Positions 18,300 to 27,585 of a stretch of 64,000 nt of DNA are shown piece after piece. The number at the start of each line of letters is the position of its first letter. Position 1 is the first letter of the stretch. The translations under genes were made by a program, and so were the position numbers. The notes below the pieces were generated by a model that saw only the letters and a program-made list of their open reading frames with translations, was not told the origin of the DNA and searched no databases. This DNA is from an uncultured virus (IMG/VR IMGVR_UViG_3300046507_000471) (lineage: Duplodnaviria; Heunggongvirae; Uroviricota; Caudoviricetes): the IMG/VR virus record IMGVR_UViG_3300046507_000471; one strand, given 5' to 3'.

Positions 18300-19545
18300 T
18301 TTCTACCTCATCTTCTTCAGTTTCTTCAGTTTCTTCGGCGGCATTCTTAGTTAGTTTAGGTAGGAGGTCTTCATAACCACCTAATCCAGTCCAAGGAACA
18401 ATATCCCAGACTGCAGTTTTCAAACTATAAGTACCCTGCGCACCACTATCAAGACTATGAAGAACAAGCAAAGTATCAAAAGCCATATTTTTCACCCGTA
18501 CTTTGGTAGTGTGCCAAATGTACAAGATATCGAACTTAATGTTGTGCCCTACCTTCGGTCTTGGCCCTTCTAAGAAAGGAGTAACCAAAGCCCATGCTTC
18601 GTCTCCACTATACATCTTGTTCTCACGATGCCACAGTGGAACTACCAATGCTTTAACTTCTTTGTCAATTGGATCTCGATACCCGAACTGAATACAAAGC
18701 AGTTTGGCATTTTCAGCCAGCCCGTCTAAGCTGGTCGTTTCAGTATCTAGACTGATGATTGAGTTTGCTGGCAAACCATCAATGATAGCCATGAACTCTT
18801 TTACTTCTTCAATGCTTCGTGCAATGCGAATACGGTTCTGTTTATAAAACTCAATCGCTTCAGCTAACGTAGGCGGTTTAAGATGACCACGAGCCATTGC
18901 TGCGGCCTTCTTGAAGTCTCGGAGAATCACACCATACAACTCTTGTCCCCAGAAGGCTCCAGAGGCGTTCTGACGAATCATCGTCAATGCTCTTGGATGG
19001 ATTGTGATAACTACGTTATCAACATACTCACCACGATTACCAGTATTGCTGTGTTTCTTATAACCCAACGCTTTAGTCACAACTGTTGCCAGACTGATGA
19101 TGACCTTTGGTTTACAACGATCTATCTCAGCTAAAAGATAAGGTTTACATTTCATTAGCCGTGTTGCAGTTGGTGCTTTCCCTTTTGGAAAGTCTTCTTC
19201 TGTCGGACTACATTTAAGCAAGTTCACCAATCGGTACTTCAACGTTCCAAACCCTGCTTGTTTACAGAGATGGTGAATGATATCCTGCTGGATCTTTTCT
19301 TGCTGACCCTCTACTCTATCCCACTTCCCAGCGGGTGCCGCGTGATCCTGGATAATCAGAATATCAACTTCGTTTTGAGCAAGGCGAACAGCATCATACG
19401 ATTTACATTTGAGCTTACAGACTTTGTCGCAATACGTCTTACTGATCTTGCTAAAGTCTTCCTTGCTATGGATTGCCACTTCTACAGACGTTGTAATCTT
19501 TCTCTCATACAACTCGTTCAGTGGAAGATCTGAGATCTTCGCCAT
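18292..19545 (-). CDS. family A DNA polymerase, N-terminal part (UDG-like domain plus ExoI/ExoII)
   Basis: NLLKCSP...KCKPYLLAEI...KPKVIISL...TIHP (family-4 UDG-like); LDTETT (ExoI); GHNIKFD (ExoII). Confidence 0.85.
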   Translation of the reverse strand: MAKISDLPLNELYERKITTSVEVAIHSKEDFSKISKTYCDKVCKLKCKSYDAVRLAQNEVDILIIQDHAAPAGKWDRVEGQQEKIQQDIIHHLCKQAGFGTLKYRLVNLLKCSPTEEDFPKGKAPTATRLMKCKPYLLAEIDRCKPKVIISLATVVTKALGYKKHSNTGNRGEYVDNVVITIHPRALTMIRQNASGAFWGQELYGVILRDFKKAAAMARGHLKPPTLAEAIEFYKQNRIRIARSIEEVKEFMAIIDGLPANSIISLDTETTSLDGLAENAKLLCIQFGYRDPIDKEVKALVVPLWHRENKMYSGDEAWALVTPFLEGPRPKVGHNIKFDILYIWHTTKVRVKNMAFDTLLVLHSLDSGAQGTYSLKTAVWDIVPWTGLGGYEDLLPKLTKNAAEETEETEEDEVESD

Positions 19546-19610
19546 TTGTTTCTTATTCCTTGTAAAACACTATTATCTCATTGAACGAGCGGCTCAACAA
19601 GACTTGACTT

Positions 19611-20093
19611 TTAGTGACTATAGTACGCTGAAACCATCATTACTGGTTCCGTGTAGCTTATACCATACTTCTCACAAAAATTGCGCAGCCTATCGATATC
19701 ATCTTGTGTTACGCCAAGACATTCTTTATCAAGCTCTGCTGGTTCCCAGATTTCTCCTAGAGATAAATTCTTAGTATACAGAATATAACCAGGATAGTCA
19801 CACGTGCCATACTTGGTAATACCTACTCCATAGTTTTCGAAAGCGTTATTTTTCCGCTTCCAGTACTCGCTGTATTCCTTGCTATTTTTCTCACAGTACT
19901 CTTCTTCAGGGCGCTTAATATTGAGTTCTTTTAAAATCAATTCCTGAATAGCATCTTCGACACCATCTTCAAGCTCTTCTATACCCAGAGCATTAGCGAG
20001 AGCTTTCTCGAATTCTTCGAACTCTTCCCATGCACTATCTGAACTACCTACATTTATCCCGAAGGACAAATTCATATGAATATCCAAACCCAT
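19611..20093 (-). CDS. hypothetical protein
   Basis: 1-bp overlap with the Thg1-like gene. Confidence 0.7.
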   Translation of the reverse strand: MGLDIHMNLSFGINVGSSDSAWEEFEEFEKALANALGIEELEDGVEDAIQELILKELNIKRPEEEYCEKNSKEYSEYWKRKNNAFENYGVGITKYGTCDYPGYILYTKNLSLGEIWEPAELDKECLGVTQDDIDRLRNFCEKYGISYTEPVMMVSAYYSH

Positions 20094-20923
20094 TACTTAC
20101 CTTCATGAAAAATCTTGAATGAACCTTGACTTACCGGCAGGGACGTAAGCTTAGGAACTTCCTTTATAACCTCGATTGAACTTCGCATTACTTCTCTTGA
20201 AGCTGGTTTGTTAGCATCGGGAATCAACGACCAGGTATGATCATCGATAGCCACCAGCCTCTTTACCTTCCTAGTGAACGTACCTTGCCTGAAGCATTCA
20301 AGGTAGTCGTAGAAGTTAATGCCTACTTCGTGAAGCATTTGAATCTTCTCAGCAGTGTTTTTATGAAGCAACTCTGAGTTGTTGAAGACCGAGTGCGCAG
20401 CCATGCTGACACTGTTCTTACGAGCATCCCACTGACGCCAAACAAAGTAATCATACGCCTGATCCCATTTTGGGAATTGAAATACACGAGCGTCGAACAC
20501 AGGACGTGCTGCGAACTTGTTTGGCAAAAAGCCTTGAAGATAGCTGTTAAAGATCACCGAGCACTTAGCAGCGTACACGCTTAGCCATTTCTGGACCTTA
20601 CCATCAAAGTTCAGTTGTGCGTTAGCATCGCTGTTAAACCAAAAAAGACTTATCTCATCGCTCTGGTGGTATGCCAGATCAGGATTCAATTCTTTGATAA
20701 GGTCATCCACGGTACATTGGAACGTCTGGGCCAGCTCATAATCGAAGGGTTTAGTAAGACCTTTGGTGAATGTATGGAACGAGTTACCATCGAAGCGAAT
20801 TACAGTCGGTAGGCCTGGCATCAAGTACTCGCTGTTGTACTTCTTCTCGTATCGCTTCATCTCATCACCAAGCGTTTGAAAATCAAGGTGACGAATCTGT
20901 TCTGCTATTTGTGTTTGTGACAT
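20093..20923 (-). CDS. thg1: Thg1-like tRNA(His) guanylyltransferase / 3'-5' polymerase (start MSQTQ at 20923)
   Basis: RFDGNSFHTFTK, PFD, YHQSDEISL, FDGKVQK, FDARV, WRQWDARKNS. Confidence 0.9.
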   Translation of the reverse strand: MSQTQIAEQIRHLDFQTLGDEMKRYEKKYNSEYLMPGLPTVIRFDGNSFHTFTKGLTKPFDYELAQTFQCTVDDLIKELNPDLAYHQSDEISLFWFNSDANAQLNFDGKVQKWLSVYAAKCSVIFNSYLQGFLPNKFAARPVFDARVFQFPKWDQAYDYFVWRQWDARKNSVSMAAHSVFNNSELLHKNTAEKIQMLHEVGINFYDYLECFRQGTFTRKVKRLVAIDDHTWSLIPDANKPASREVMRSSIEVIKEVPKLTSLPVSQGSFKIFHEGK

Positions 20924-20934
20924 TTCAAGAATCC

Positions 20935-20967
20935 AAAAAAAACCGGGGTCTTCAAAGAAGCCCCGGT
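20935..20967 (-). terminator. strong intrinsic terminator
   Basis: ACCGGGG-CTTC-TTT-GAAG-A-CCCCGGT followed by a 7-8 T run. Confidence 0.8.
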
Positions 20968-21094
20968 CAAAGACCAATTGACTGTTAAGCCAATGCACTA
21001 CCAAGAAAGGGAATCAACTTAGAGATGACGATCAGTGAGTTTCTTCCATACTTTACTTATACCAAATTACCCTCAGATTAGTGATTTTTGGATA

Positions 21095-21648
21095 GTGTCC
21101 AGTTTTGTCCAAAAGTGTCCAGTTTCTAGTTTTCAAATTTCTTCTTTTAAATCATAGACTTACAAGCGTTTGTCCTGGCTGTCCAATTTGTGTCCAGTTT
21201 CTAAAACAGGATTTTCTCTTTTAGAATCAAAGACTTAGAAGCAAATGTCCAGTTTTTTGCCGCTTTTTTCGAAAACCATACCTCACTTCCTTTTACAAAT
21301 AAAAAATAAGGAAAATAGAAAACGCATTCTCTTATATATAAATATATTTTTTAAAAGTTCAAATATAAATATATATATAGTACCCCCATATTTCTGGACT
21401 GTTAGGGTGAACCCTAAGTTTTTCCTTTTTTGTTTTTTTATTTCTACTTTTATAAAGTGAGGTATGGTTTTTTGAAAAAAGGCGAAAAAACTGGACAAAG
21501 TGACTTAAGTGCTTGATTCTAAAGAATAAAAAGTGTCCAGTTTTTTTTTAAGAAATTGGACAGACTGGACACATGCCTTATAAGTCTTTGATTCTAAACG
21601 TTATTTTCAAAAACTAGAAACTGGACACTTTTGGACAAAACTGGACAC
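21095..21648. repeat. ~555 bp nested imperfect palindrome with TGTCCAG iterons and AT-rich core (putative replication origin)
   Basis: Perfect 39-bp inverted repeat 21095-21133/21610-21648; inner IR ~21246-21288/21455-21497; about 15 TGTCCA/TGGACA-type copies. Confidence 0.85.
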
Positions 21649-21783
21649 ATCGAAATCTGAGTCCAGTTTTAGGACAGGAATACTGCTCTGACTTCACCAC
21701 AGCCTCTAGGACGGGTTGGAAACTCTGGGAGGTCACTTAGGTAGTCCAGGCTCAACAGAGGCTCTAAGAGTCTTTAAACGACT

Positions 21784-21813
21784 AAAAAAAGAGAGCCAGA
21801 AAATCGGCTCTCT
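21784..21813 (-). terminator. intrinsic terminator
   Basis: GAGAGCC-loop-GGCTCTC plus T7 after ORF 21819..22922. Confidence 0.75.
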
Positions 21814-21818
21814 AAAAG

Positions 21819-22922
21819 TTACAGCGAAGGCATCAGTTCGGAAAGCTTGAACGAGCCAAAGTCATGACCGATCTTTACCTTTACAAGAGCCCAAGTGAAT
21901 ACGAAAGATGGTTCTGAGTAGAACCCTTCTTCTTTCATATACCTCAGAGCTTCATCCTCGTCGAGATCATCCTTTTCACAATACTGCTGGACTTCAGCAT
22001 GAGTGGGAACACCGTTGTCAAGGTATCCAGCTGCCCAAGTAATTCCACGAGCTTGCTGTTGTTGATTTGGCTGCACGACTTGAATAATGCGACGAGTGCG
22101 ACGTTCGTTAATATCGTATACTTGGTGCTGCGTCATATTATCAACGTGCTCCTGAACCCGAGCATACAAACTTGCCATCAGCTCTTCCGGTTTCTTGCTG
22201 CGAATGAAACGCTCCGGAAATGATTGAAGCAGAACAACTTCTTCGTCTTCCACTGAACGTCCGATCAGCAGATGCACGACTTCCATCTTGTTGTAAGCCG
22301 TGAGCGCCGGAATAGAAGTAACGCCTTCAGGCAACGCTCCACCATCCCGAGTCATCACCAGAGGAGGGATTGCTTCTTGGCTTCGTACGACGGGCTCCAA
22401 AGGAGGGATCCGTTGTTCTTGTGCCATTCCCTCTTGGCCATCATTATTAGCTTCGGCTCCTGCACTTTCATCGATGAGGATATCGTCTGCATATTGCTCT
22501 GCGACATTACGATCTCCCGATGCTTCGGCTCCACCCAACTGTACAACTTGTCGTTTGGACACACGATTGAGGATCGGATGACTGCCAGTTTGCTCACTAC
22601 GAAGCTCCTGTTGAATTGCTTCTTGTTCTTCTTCATCAAGGTCCGTGCCTGCAGTTACAGGTTCTGCCACAGCATCAACTTCCGCTGAGGGTTGTACGGG
22701 CGCAAGTTCAATACGACGCATCGTGCGTTGAACAGGCTGAAGAGGAGGGATAGAACCTTCACTGAGTACTTGCCCACGAGTTTGTACCAGCGGAGGAATA
22801 GACTCAGGATCAGATGAAACTGATTCCTCTACTCGTTGAGTAGCGTTGAATACAACTCTTTCTTCATTGGGTTCCGGAGCAAGTTCTACGACAGTACGAG
22901 TTACAGGTTTATTCAGCTTCAT
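21819..22922 (-). CDS. hypothetical protein with disordered acidic N-terminal region carrying IPPL repeats
   Basis: IPPL x4 plus IPAL; ELAP x2. Confidence 0.75.
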   Translation of the reverse strand: MKLNKPVTRTVVELAPEPNEERVVFNATQRVEESVSSDPESIPPLVQTRGQVLSEGSIPPLQPVQRTMRRIELAPVQPSAEVDAVAEPVTAGTDLDEEEQEAIQQELRSEQTGSHPILNRVSKRQVVQLGGAEASGDRNVAEQYADDILIDESAGAEANNDGQEGMAQEQRIPPLEPVVRSQEAIPPLVMTRDGGALPEGVTSIPALTAYNKMEVVHLLIGRSVEDEEVVLLQSFPERFIRSKKPEELMASLYARVQEHVDNMTQHQVYDINERRTRRIIQVVQPNQQQQARGITWAAGYLDNGVPTHAEVQQYCEKDDLDEDEALRYMKEEGFYSEPSFVFTWALVKVKIGHDFGSFKLSELMPSL

Positions 22923-22946
22923 TTTGACTCCTAGGGCAAAAGTTGT

Positions 22947-23309
22947 TTACAGCTCGAAGTTATCGAGCAAAGTGTCGGTTTCGATGTTTACTGCGTACCA
23001 TGAAACTTTGTTGGTCCAGCTGGTACCGCCTTCTGAACCTGAGATAGTAACCCCAAATCCTTCGATTACATTGTCGTGCTTATCAACGATAGTCGAAGGA
23101 AGAAGTGGATACTTCAATACATTCAGACCTTCATTTTTCACAGTCTCCAAATGATCTACGACGATCATCTGATGGGCAATCTCAGGAGTTGTAGCAATAC
23201 CCAGAATGGTAGTGGTACACCCTTCGCTGCCAGAACCTGTCTCAGGCTCAGAATGTGAATAATAAAGCTGTACAAATACTACAGACACTAGTTGGTTCTT
23301 TTCTTTCAT
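22947..23309 (-). CDS. hypothetical protein
   Basis: ORF in - strand array. Confidence 0.65.
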   Translation of the reverse strand: MKEKNQLVSVVFVQLYYSHSEPETGSGSEGCTTTILGIATTPEIAHQMIVVDHLETVKNEGLNVLKYPLLPSTIVDKHDNVIEGFGVTISGSEGGTSWTNKVSWYAVNIETDTLLDNFEL

Positions 23310-23316
23310 TCTTTAC

Positions 23317-23790
23317 TCAATTGGAAAACAATCCGTATCCTGGAACATTAATGTGACGTTTCTTTTCGTCAAACCCATAAAAATGCATTGTCGGAATACT
23401 ATCTTCTACTACTTGAAAATCTACACTCTCGTCAACAAGATTGAGACAATCCAGCCACAAGTTTACTAACCCTTTCAGATCTTCTACAGAATACTGTCCT
23501 TCATACTCGCCCTCTTCGTGACGATATAAGGAGTAATCCTGATAAGCAACATCGATTCCAGCTTTGACTAAAGCGTCAATTTGGTCATCTGGAATAAACG
23601 GGTACTGATAATCTGCCGCCCACTTGCCGGGATCAATGCCAAATTCTTCAACGCACTTAAAGTGCAATTCACGAAGGTACTCTACGGGTTCTGTGGACTT
23701 CACAACTGTCGTGTCAGAGATGCCATGACCGTCACTGGACCAATCTCCCAGTACGAATTTGACTGGGTATGTTTGTTTAACTTCACTCAT
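23317..23790 (-). CDS. conserved phage hypothetical protein
   Basis: LGDWSSDGHG...PGYGLF pattern. Confidence 0.7.
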   Translation of the reverse strand: MSEVKQTYPVKFVLGDWSSDGHGISDTTVVKSTEPVEYLRELHFKCVEEFGIDPGKWAADYQYPFIPDDQIDALVKAGIDVAYQDYSLYRHEEGEYEGQYSVEDLKGLVNLWLDCLNLVDESVDFQVVEDSIPTMHFYGFDEKKRHINVPGYGLFSN

Positions 23791-23802
23791 TTTTTGGGCA
23801 AT

Positions 23803-23828
23803 AAAAAAGCCAGGTAAAAACCTGGCTT
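23803..23828 (-). terminator. intrinsic terminator after HU
   Basis: AAGCCAGG-TTTTTA-CCTGGCTT plus T run. Confidence 0.75.
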
Positions 23829-23860
23829 CATAACTCTTATACCAATAAACGCTTTATTGT

Positions 23861-24139
23861 TTAAGCATTTACAAGTGTTTTCAGTACCTTAGACGATGCT
23901 AGACGTACAGTCTTGCGTGCTGCGATCTCAAGTGATTCGCCAGTACGGGGATTGCGACCAGAACGTGCTGAGCGTTCACGGACCTTCAGCTTGCCGATGC
24001 CCGGAATAAGGGCTTCGCCTGAACCTGCTACATTTGCCTGGACTGACTTGGCAAATGAGTTGATGAATGCATGAGCTGCCTTCTTGGTAATACCCAGGTC
24101 GGTGCTAATGGAGTTGATGAGTTGTGCTTTTGTTGTCAT
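23861..24139 (-). CDS. hup: HU/IHF-family DNA-binding protein
   Basis: TKAQLI; IPGIGKL; RSARSGRNPRTGESLEIAA. Confidence 0.93.
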   Translation of the reverse strand: MTTKAQLINSISTDLGITKKAAHAFINSFAKSVQANVAGSGEALIPGIGKLKVRERSARSGRNPRTGESLEIAARKTVRLASSKVLKTLVNA

Positions 24140-24144
24140 TTCAA

Positions 24145-24399
24145 TTAATGGTTAATAGTTTTTGCTGCATAAAGCTTTACTGGCTTTGGACCAAACGTAT
24201 AGTTCATTGTCAGTAGATTTCTTGAATAGGCTTCACGAATTGCATAGAATTCATCGTCTGCCCAAACATGACCTAGGAGAGGCTTTTGACCCCAACTGTC
24301 TTTCCAGAAGTCCGGGTAGATTGCAAACTTGAATTTACCTGGGCCATAAAAACTGCGGGTTGGCTTGTGTGCCGTTGTCTTGTTCATTTCTTGAATCAA
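24145..24399 (-). CDS. hypothetical protein
   Basis: ORF upstream of HU. Confidence 0.6.
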   Translation of the reverse strand: MIQEMNKTTAHKPTRSFYGPGKFKFAIYPDFWKDSWGQKPLLGHVWADDEFYAIREAYSRNLLTMNYTFGPKPVKLYAAKTINH

Positions 24400-24556
24400 G
24401 GAAGTTGTTTAGAAGGTTCCATGATAAAGATCAAAAAACCTTCTGTCAACATCTATTTATCAATTATCAAACTTTTCTACAACCCAAGCTATACACATGC
24501 TAATCACGGTTAATACAAAGAAGAAACAAGAAACTGCAAGAATAGCGTTTAGAGCA

Positions 24557-27472
24557 TCACTCATTAAATTCTCCAATATTCTTAATCGTATCTGGAGCTA
24601 GATTCATATCCAGAGTCAACACAACTCTTCGAATACCGTTCAAGCCCATCTTTACCTTACGTTCATCACTTACAAAATAAGGTTCCTCTCGAATAGCTGA
24701 CAGCACTGCATTCTTCGAGAAGGGGAATCTACCCCTAGTATCATCTAAAACCTGCTTAAACACTGCCGGATACCAGATGTGAAGGAGATTACCTTCAGAC
24801 ATAACGTGAGATACATTAATCTTCTGATGTTCCTGTGCAAGCATACCTTCTACAAGTTCAAAGAACTGCATAACCGTAGTGTCAGCACTTTGCTTTGAAG
24901 CTTCTTCAGCAGACGCTTGAAACAAGAACTTTTTAAAGTCATAGTCTGGCAGAAACTTATCAGCAATACGTTTTGCAAATACACCGATTGCTGCCCAGTT
25001 CTTAGAAGTTCGCTGGGAACAGTTTGCCTCTAATACTAATTCTTTGTCTAGGCTTCGGATTTCATCCTTAAGCTTCTCCATGTCTTCACCAACGCTATCA
25101 AGAATCCAGTGATATACAACTCCACTGAATAAGTGACGTCGATCTTCAAGCCAACGATACGACTCAGTCAACTCTCGGTTGTTAACCGGAATCCGGACAG
25201 GTATACAGCGCTCACGGGTTGCAGGGTCTTCAAATAAGTCTTCACCGACGAACATGAAACACGAACGGACTTCTTGAGTCTTGACACCAAAACCATCTTT
25301 AACCCCCATAGTTCTCGGAGTACGGTCATAGTAAGTACGGAACAAGTTCACATACTCCTTCGTCTCTTGGTCTGATCGAATTTCATCGATAAAGACTGGA
25401 AGTGAGGAATAGTACTCAACCTTACGACCCCAACCTACTGCTGACTTCAACTGCGGAACTGAAGTATATCCACATTCCCGCATATCGTAGAAATCCTGAA
25501 TCCACTTTGCAATTGATGTCTTGCCTTTACCCTTAGTCCCCCATAGGAACAGATACGGAAAACTCTTGTTCAAAGAGAAAATCGTATTCGAATAAATACA
25601 AGCATACATCCACCCTAGCAAGATCAACGCTTGACCTGGATTATTAAGATTCTTAGCGAAGTTCTCAACAATACCCTTCATTAGATCATCTGCTTGAGCC
25701 CTCGTAAGATCAGGCTCTATATAAGGGATATCCACTTTCCCTGCATTGGAACCGTCAGCTGATGGAATATTAGATGCGACATTGAGTGATTCAGGTCTGA
25801 TACCCACGGTCTTTCCAGCGAGCCAGAATACTCCATCCTTGTCTGGTTCAATGACAGAACCGGTGTCAGAGATGAATTTGTTTCTGAAAATCCATCCTCG
25901 CATACCTTCGTGACGTCCAACAGTTCTTGTGACACGTACCTGGGTTTCGGCTGACTGAGCATATACAAGTTCCCATACGCCAGACATATCTCGCTCGTTA
26001 CCACGGAAGTCAGCGTCAACCGCTCGTGCGAGCAACGTCCTGAAAGGTTTAAGGCTAACCTTTGTTTCTGAATCGATTAGAATTGGATTAGATTTCTGTC
26101 CATCTTCTCTAACAATAACGACTTCACGATGCCTATCCCCATCTTCAGTAATGTAAATGTTCTTCAGTACGATTACGAAGTCACTTACCTTCGTGTACTG
26201 GGGTTCACCTTCTTTAAACGTTACACGCCAGTAGGAACCCTTCTTCTGAACGATTGAATTCTGAGCTAGTTCTTTGCCCGGAGGAAGAACCTCTACGTCT
26301 TCACCCTCATCTTCGGAATCATTCTGAATTGATGATCCAGATCCCGCAGTAATCTGATCAAGGTATTTCGACGTTTCAAAAGCTGGCTTTTCTTCTTGGG
26401 GCTTTTCAAGCTTTGGATCTTGGCTAGCTTCGATAAGTGCATCTACATCTACTCCGTTACAGATCAGCTTATCAATGTCATCTTCACGCTCACCTGGAAC
26501 TACCTGAATGACTGTGGATAACGCCTTACGAAGTTTTTCAACTTTTGTTCGATACTTGTCTCCTGCCTCATCATTATCGAAGAATGTGACGATTGTCTTC
26601 TTACTTAGATTTTCACGAATCCAATCAAGTTGATTGCCAGAGATTTGACCGATAGTTGCCAGTACGCCAGTCTTACCCGCACGCAACAGACTCAAACGAT
26701 CATTCTCACCTTCAACGATATAGACAGTGTCTTTACCTGAAACAGTGTCTTGACCCCAGAACTGGTGCCCGTTAAGACAGAACCTATTCGGAAGTTGATA
26801 CGCTAATTTCTTAAGTGGATCTTTGAAGGTAAAGTGAGAGACTCGACCCTTCACATAATGCGGATAGATGAATGTCTTCGAGGGAAGAAAATCACGACCC
26901 GTTTTTTCACTTTTTAGACCAGAAGCCAGAAGGATTTCTGAGTCGTACCCTAACGCTTCAAGATACGCTATAACTCCGCCGTCAGACCAGCCTACATGTT
27001 CTTGCTTTAGAATCTCTTCAGTGTGGTTACGAACTTTTAACTGATACTCTGAAGGAGTCATCTTCGCAAGCTCCATATAGGGCTTGTTGCATTCTTCCCA
27101 GAGACAGTTTTCGTAATACGTTGCTGCTAATTGAAAAATCTCTGCAATCGGATTGTAGTCCGAAGGCAGTTTAATATCATGCTCTTTCGAAAGCTTAAGA
27201 CACGCTTCCCGCAGAGTAATTTCGTTACGCTTTGATGTCCATTCGATAATGTCACCATGAGCTTCACAGCTGAAGCAATGGTAACCAGCCTTCTCTGGCT
27301 CGTCTTCGTTAAAGAACATCTTGAAGCAGTCTTTATGACCGCAGAAAGGACAGCCTACGTCCTTGTCATCTTCAAATCTAAAAGTATTTGTACCACATTC
27401 AACAATAGACTGCTGAGTATCGTTTGCGATTTGCTCAAGCAGGTTTACAGCCTTTTTAATTGTATCAAACAT
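24557..27472 (-). CDS. DnaG-type primase (Zn finger plus TOPRIM) fused to a P-loop helicase/NTPase
   Basis: CPFCGH...YHCFSC; IVEGEND; FFDNDEAG; Walker A GTKGKGKT; Walker B VFIDE. Confidence 0.88.
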   Translation of the reverse strand: MFDTIKKAVNLLEQIANDTQQSIVECGTNTFRFEDDKDVGCPFCGHKDCFKMFFNEDEPEKAGYHCFSCEAHGDIIEWTSKRNEITLREACLKLSKEHDIKLPSDYNPIAEIFQLAATYYENCLWEECNKPYMELAKMTPSEYQLKVRNHTEEILKQEHVGWSDGGVIAYLEALGYDSEILLASGLKSEKTGRDFLPSKTFIYPHYVKGRVSHFTFKDPLKKLAYQLPNRFCLNGHQFWGQDTVSGKDTVYIVEGENDRLSLLRAGKTGVLATIGQISGNQLDWIRENLSKKTIVTFFDNDEAGDKYRTKVEKLRKALSTVIQVVPGEREDDIDKLICNGVDVDALIEASQDPKLEKPQEEKPAFETSKYLDQITAGSGSSIQNDSEDEGEDVEVLPPGKELAQNSIVQKKGSYWRVTFKEGEPQYTKVSDFVIVLKNIYITEDGDRHREVVIVREDGQKSNPILIDSETKVSLKPFRTLLARAVDADFRGNERDMSGVWELVYAQSAETQVRVTRTVGRHEGMRGWIFRNKFISDTGSVIEPDKDGVFWLAGKTVGIRPESLNVASNIPSADGSNAGKVDIPYIEPDLTRAQADDLMKGIVENFAKNLNNPGQALILLGWMYACIYSNTIFSLNKSFPYLFLWGTKGKGKTSIAKWIQDFYDMRECGYTSVPQLKSAVGWGRKVEYYSSLPVFIDEIRSDQETKEYVNLFRTYYDRTPRTMGVKDGFGVKTQEVRSCFMFVGEDLFEDPATRERCIPVRIPVNNRELTESYRWLEDRRHLFSGVVYHWILDSVGEDMEKLKDEIRSLDKELVLEANCSQRTSKNWAAIGVFAKRIADKFLPDYDFKKFLFQASAEEASKQSADTTVMQFFELVEGMLAQEHQKINVSHVMSEGNLLHIWYPAVFKQVLDDTRGRFPFSKNAVLSAIREEPYFVSDERKVKMGLNGIRRVVLTLDMNLAPDTIKNIGEFNE

Positions 27473-27585
27473 CTCTACCTACGCCTTAATCAAGTCCCAT
27501 AGGATAACTCAAAAGAACTACGATTTACAAACTAAAAAAGCAGACCTTTAGTCCGCTTTTCTAGTCACAGCTTCTAAGCTGTTGA

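Noticed and set aside
21245..21498. Two mirror-image 71-aa ORFs on opposite strands
   Set aside because: They are by-products of the palindrome and have low-complexity F/K/I composition.
21095..21648. MITE or IS element with terminal inverted repeats
   Set aside because: No target-site duplication or transposase is visible, and the symmetry extends through the interior as iterons.
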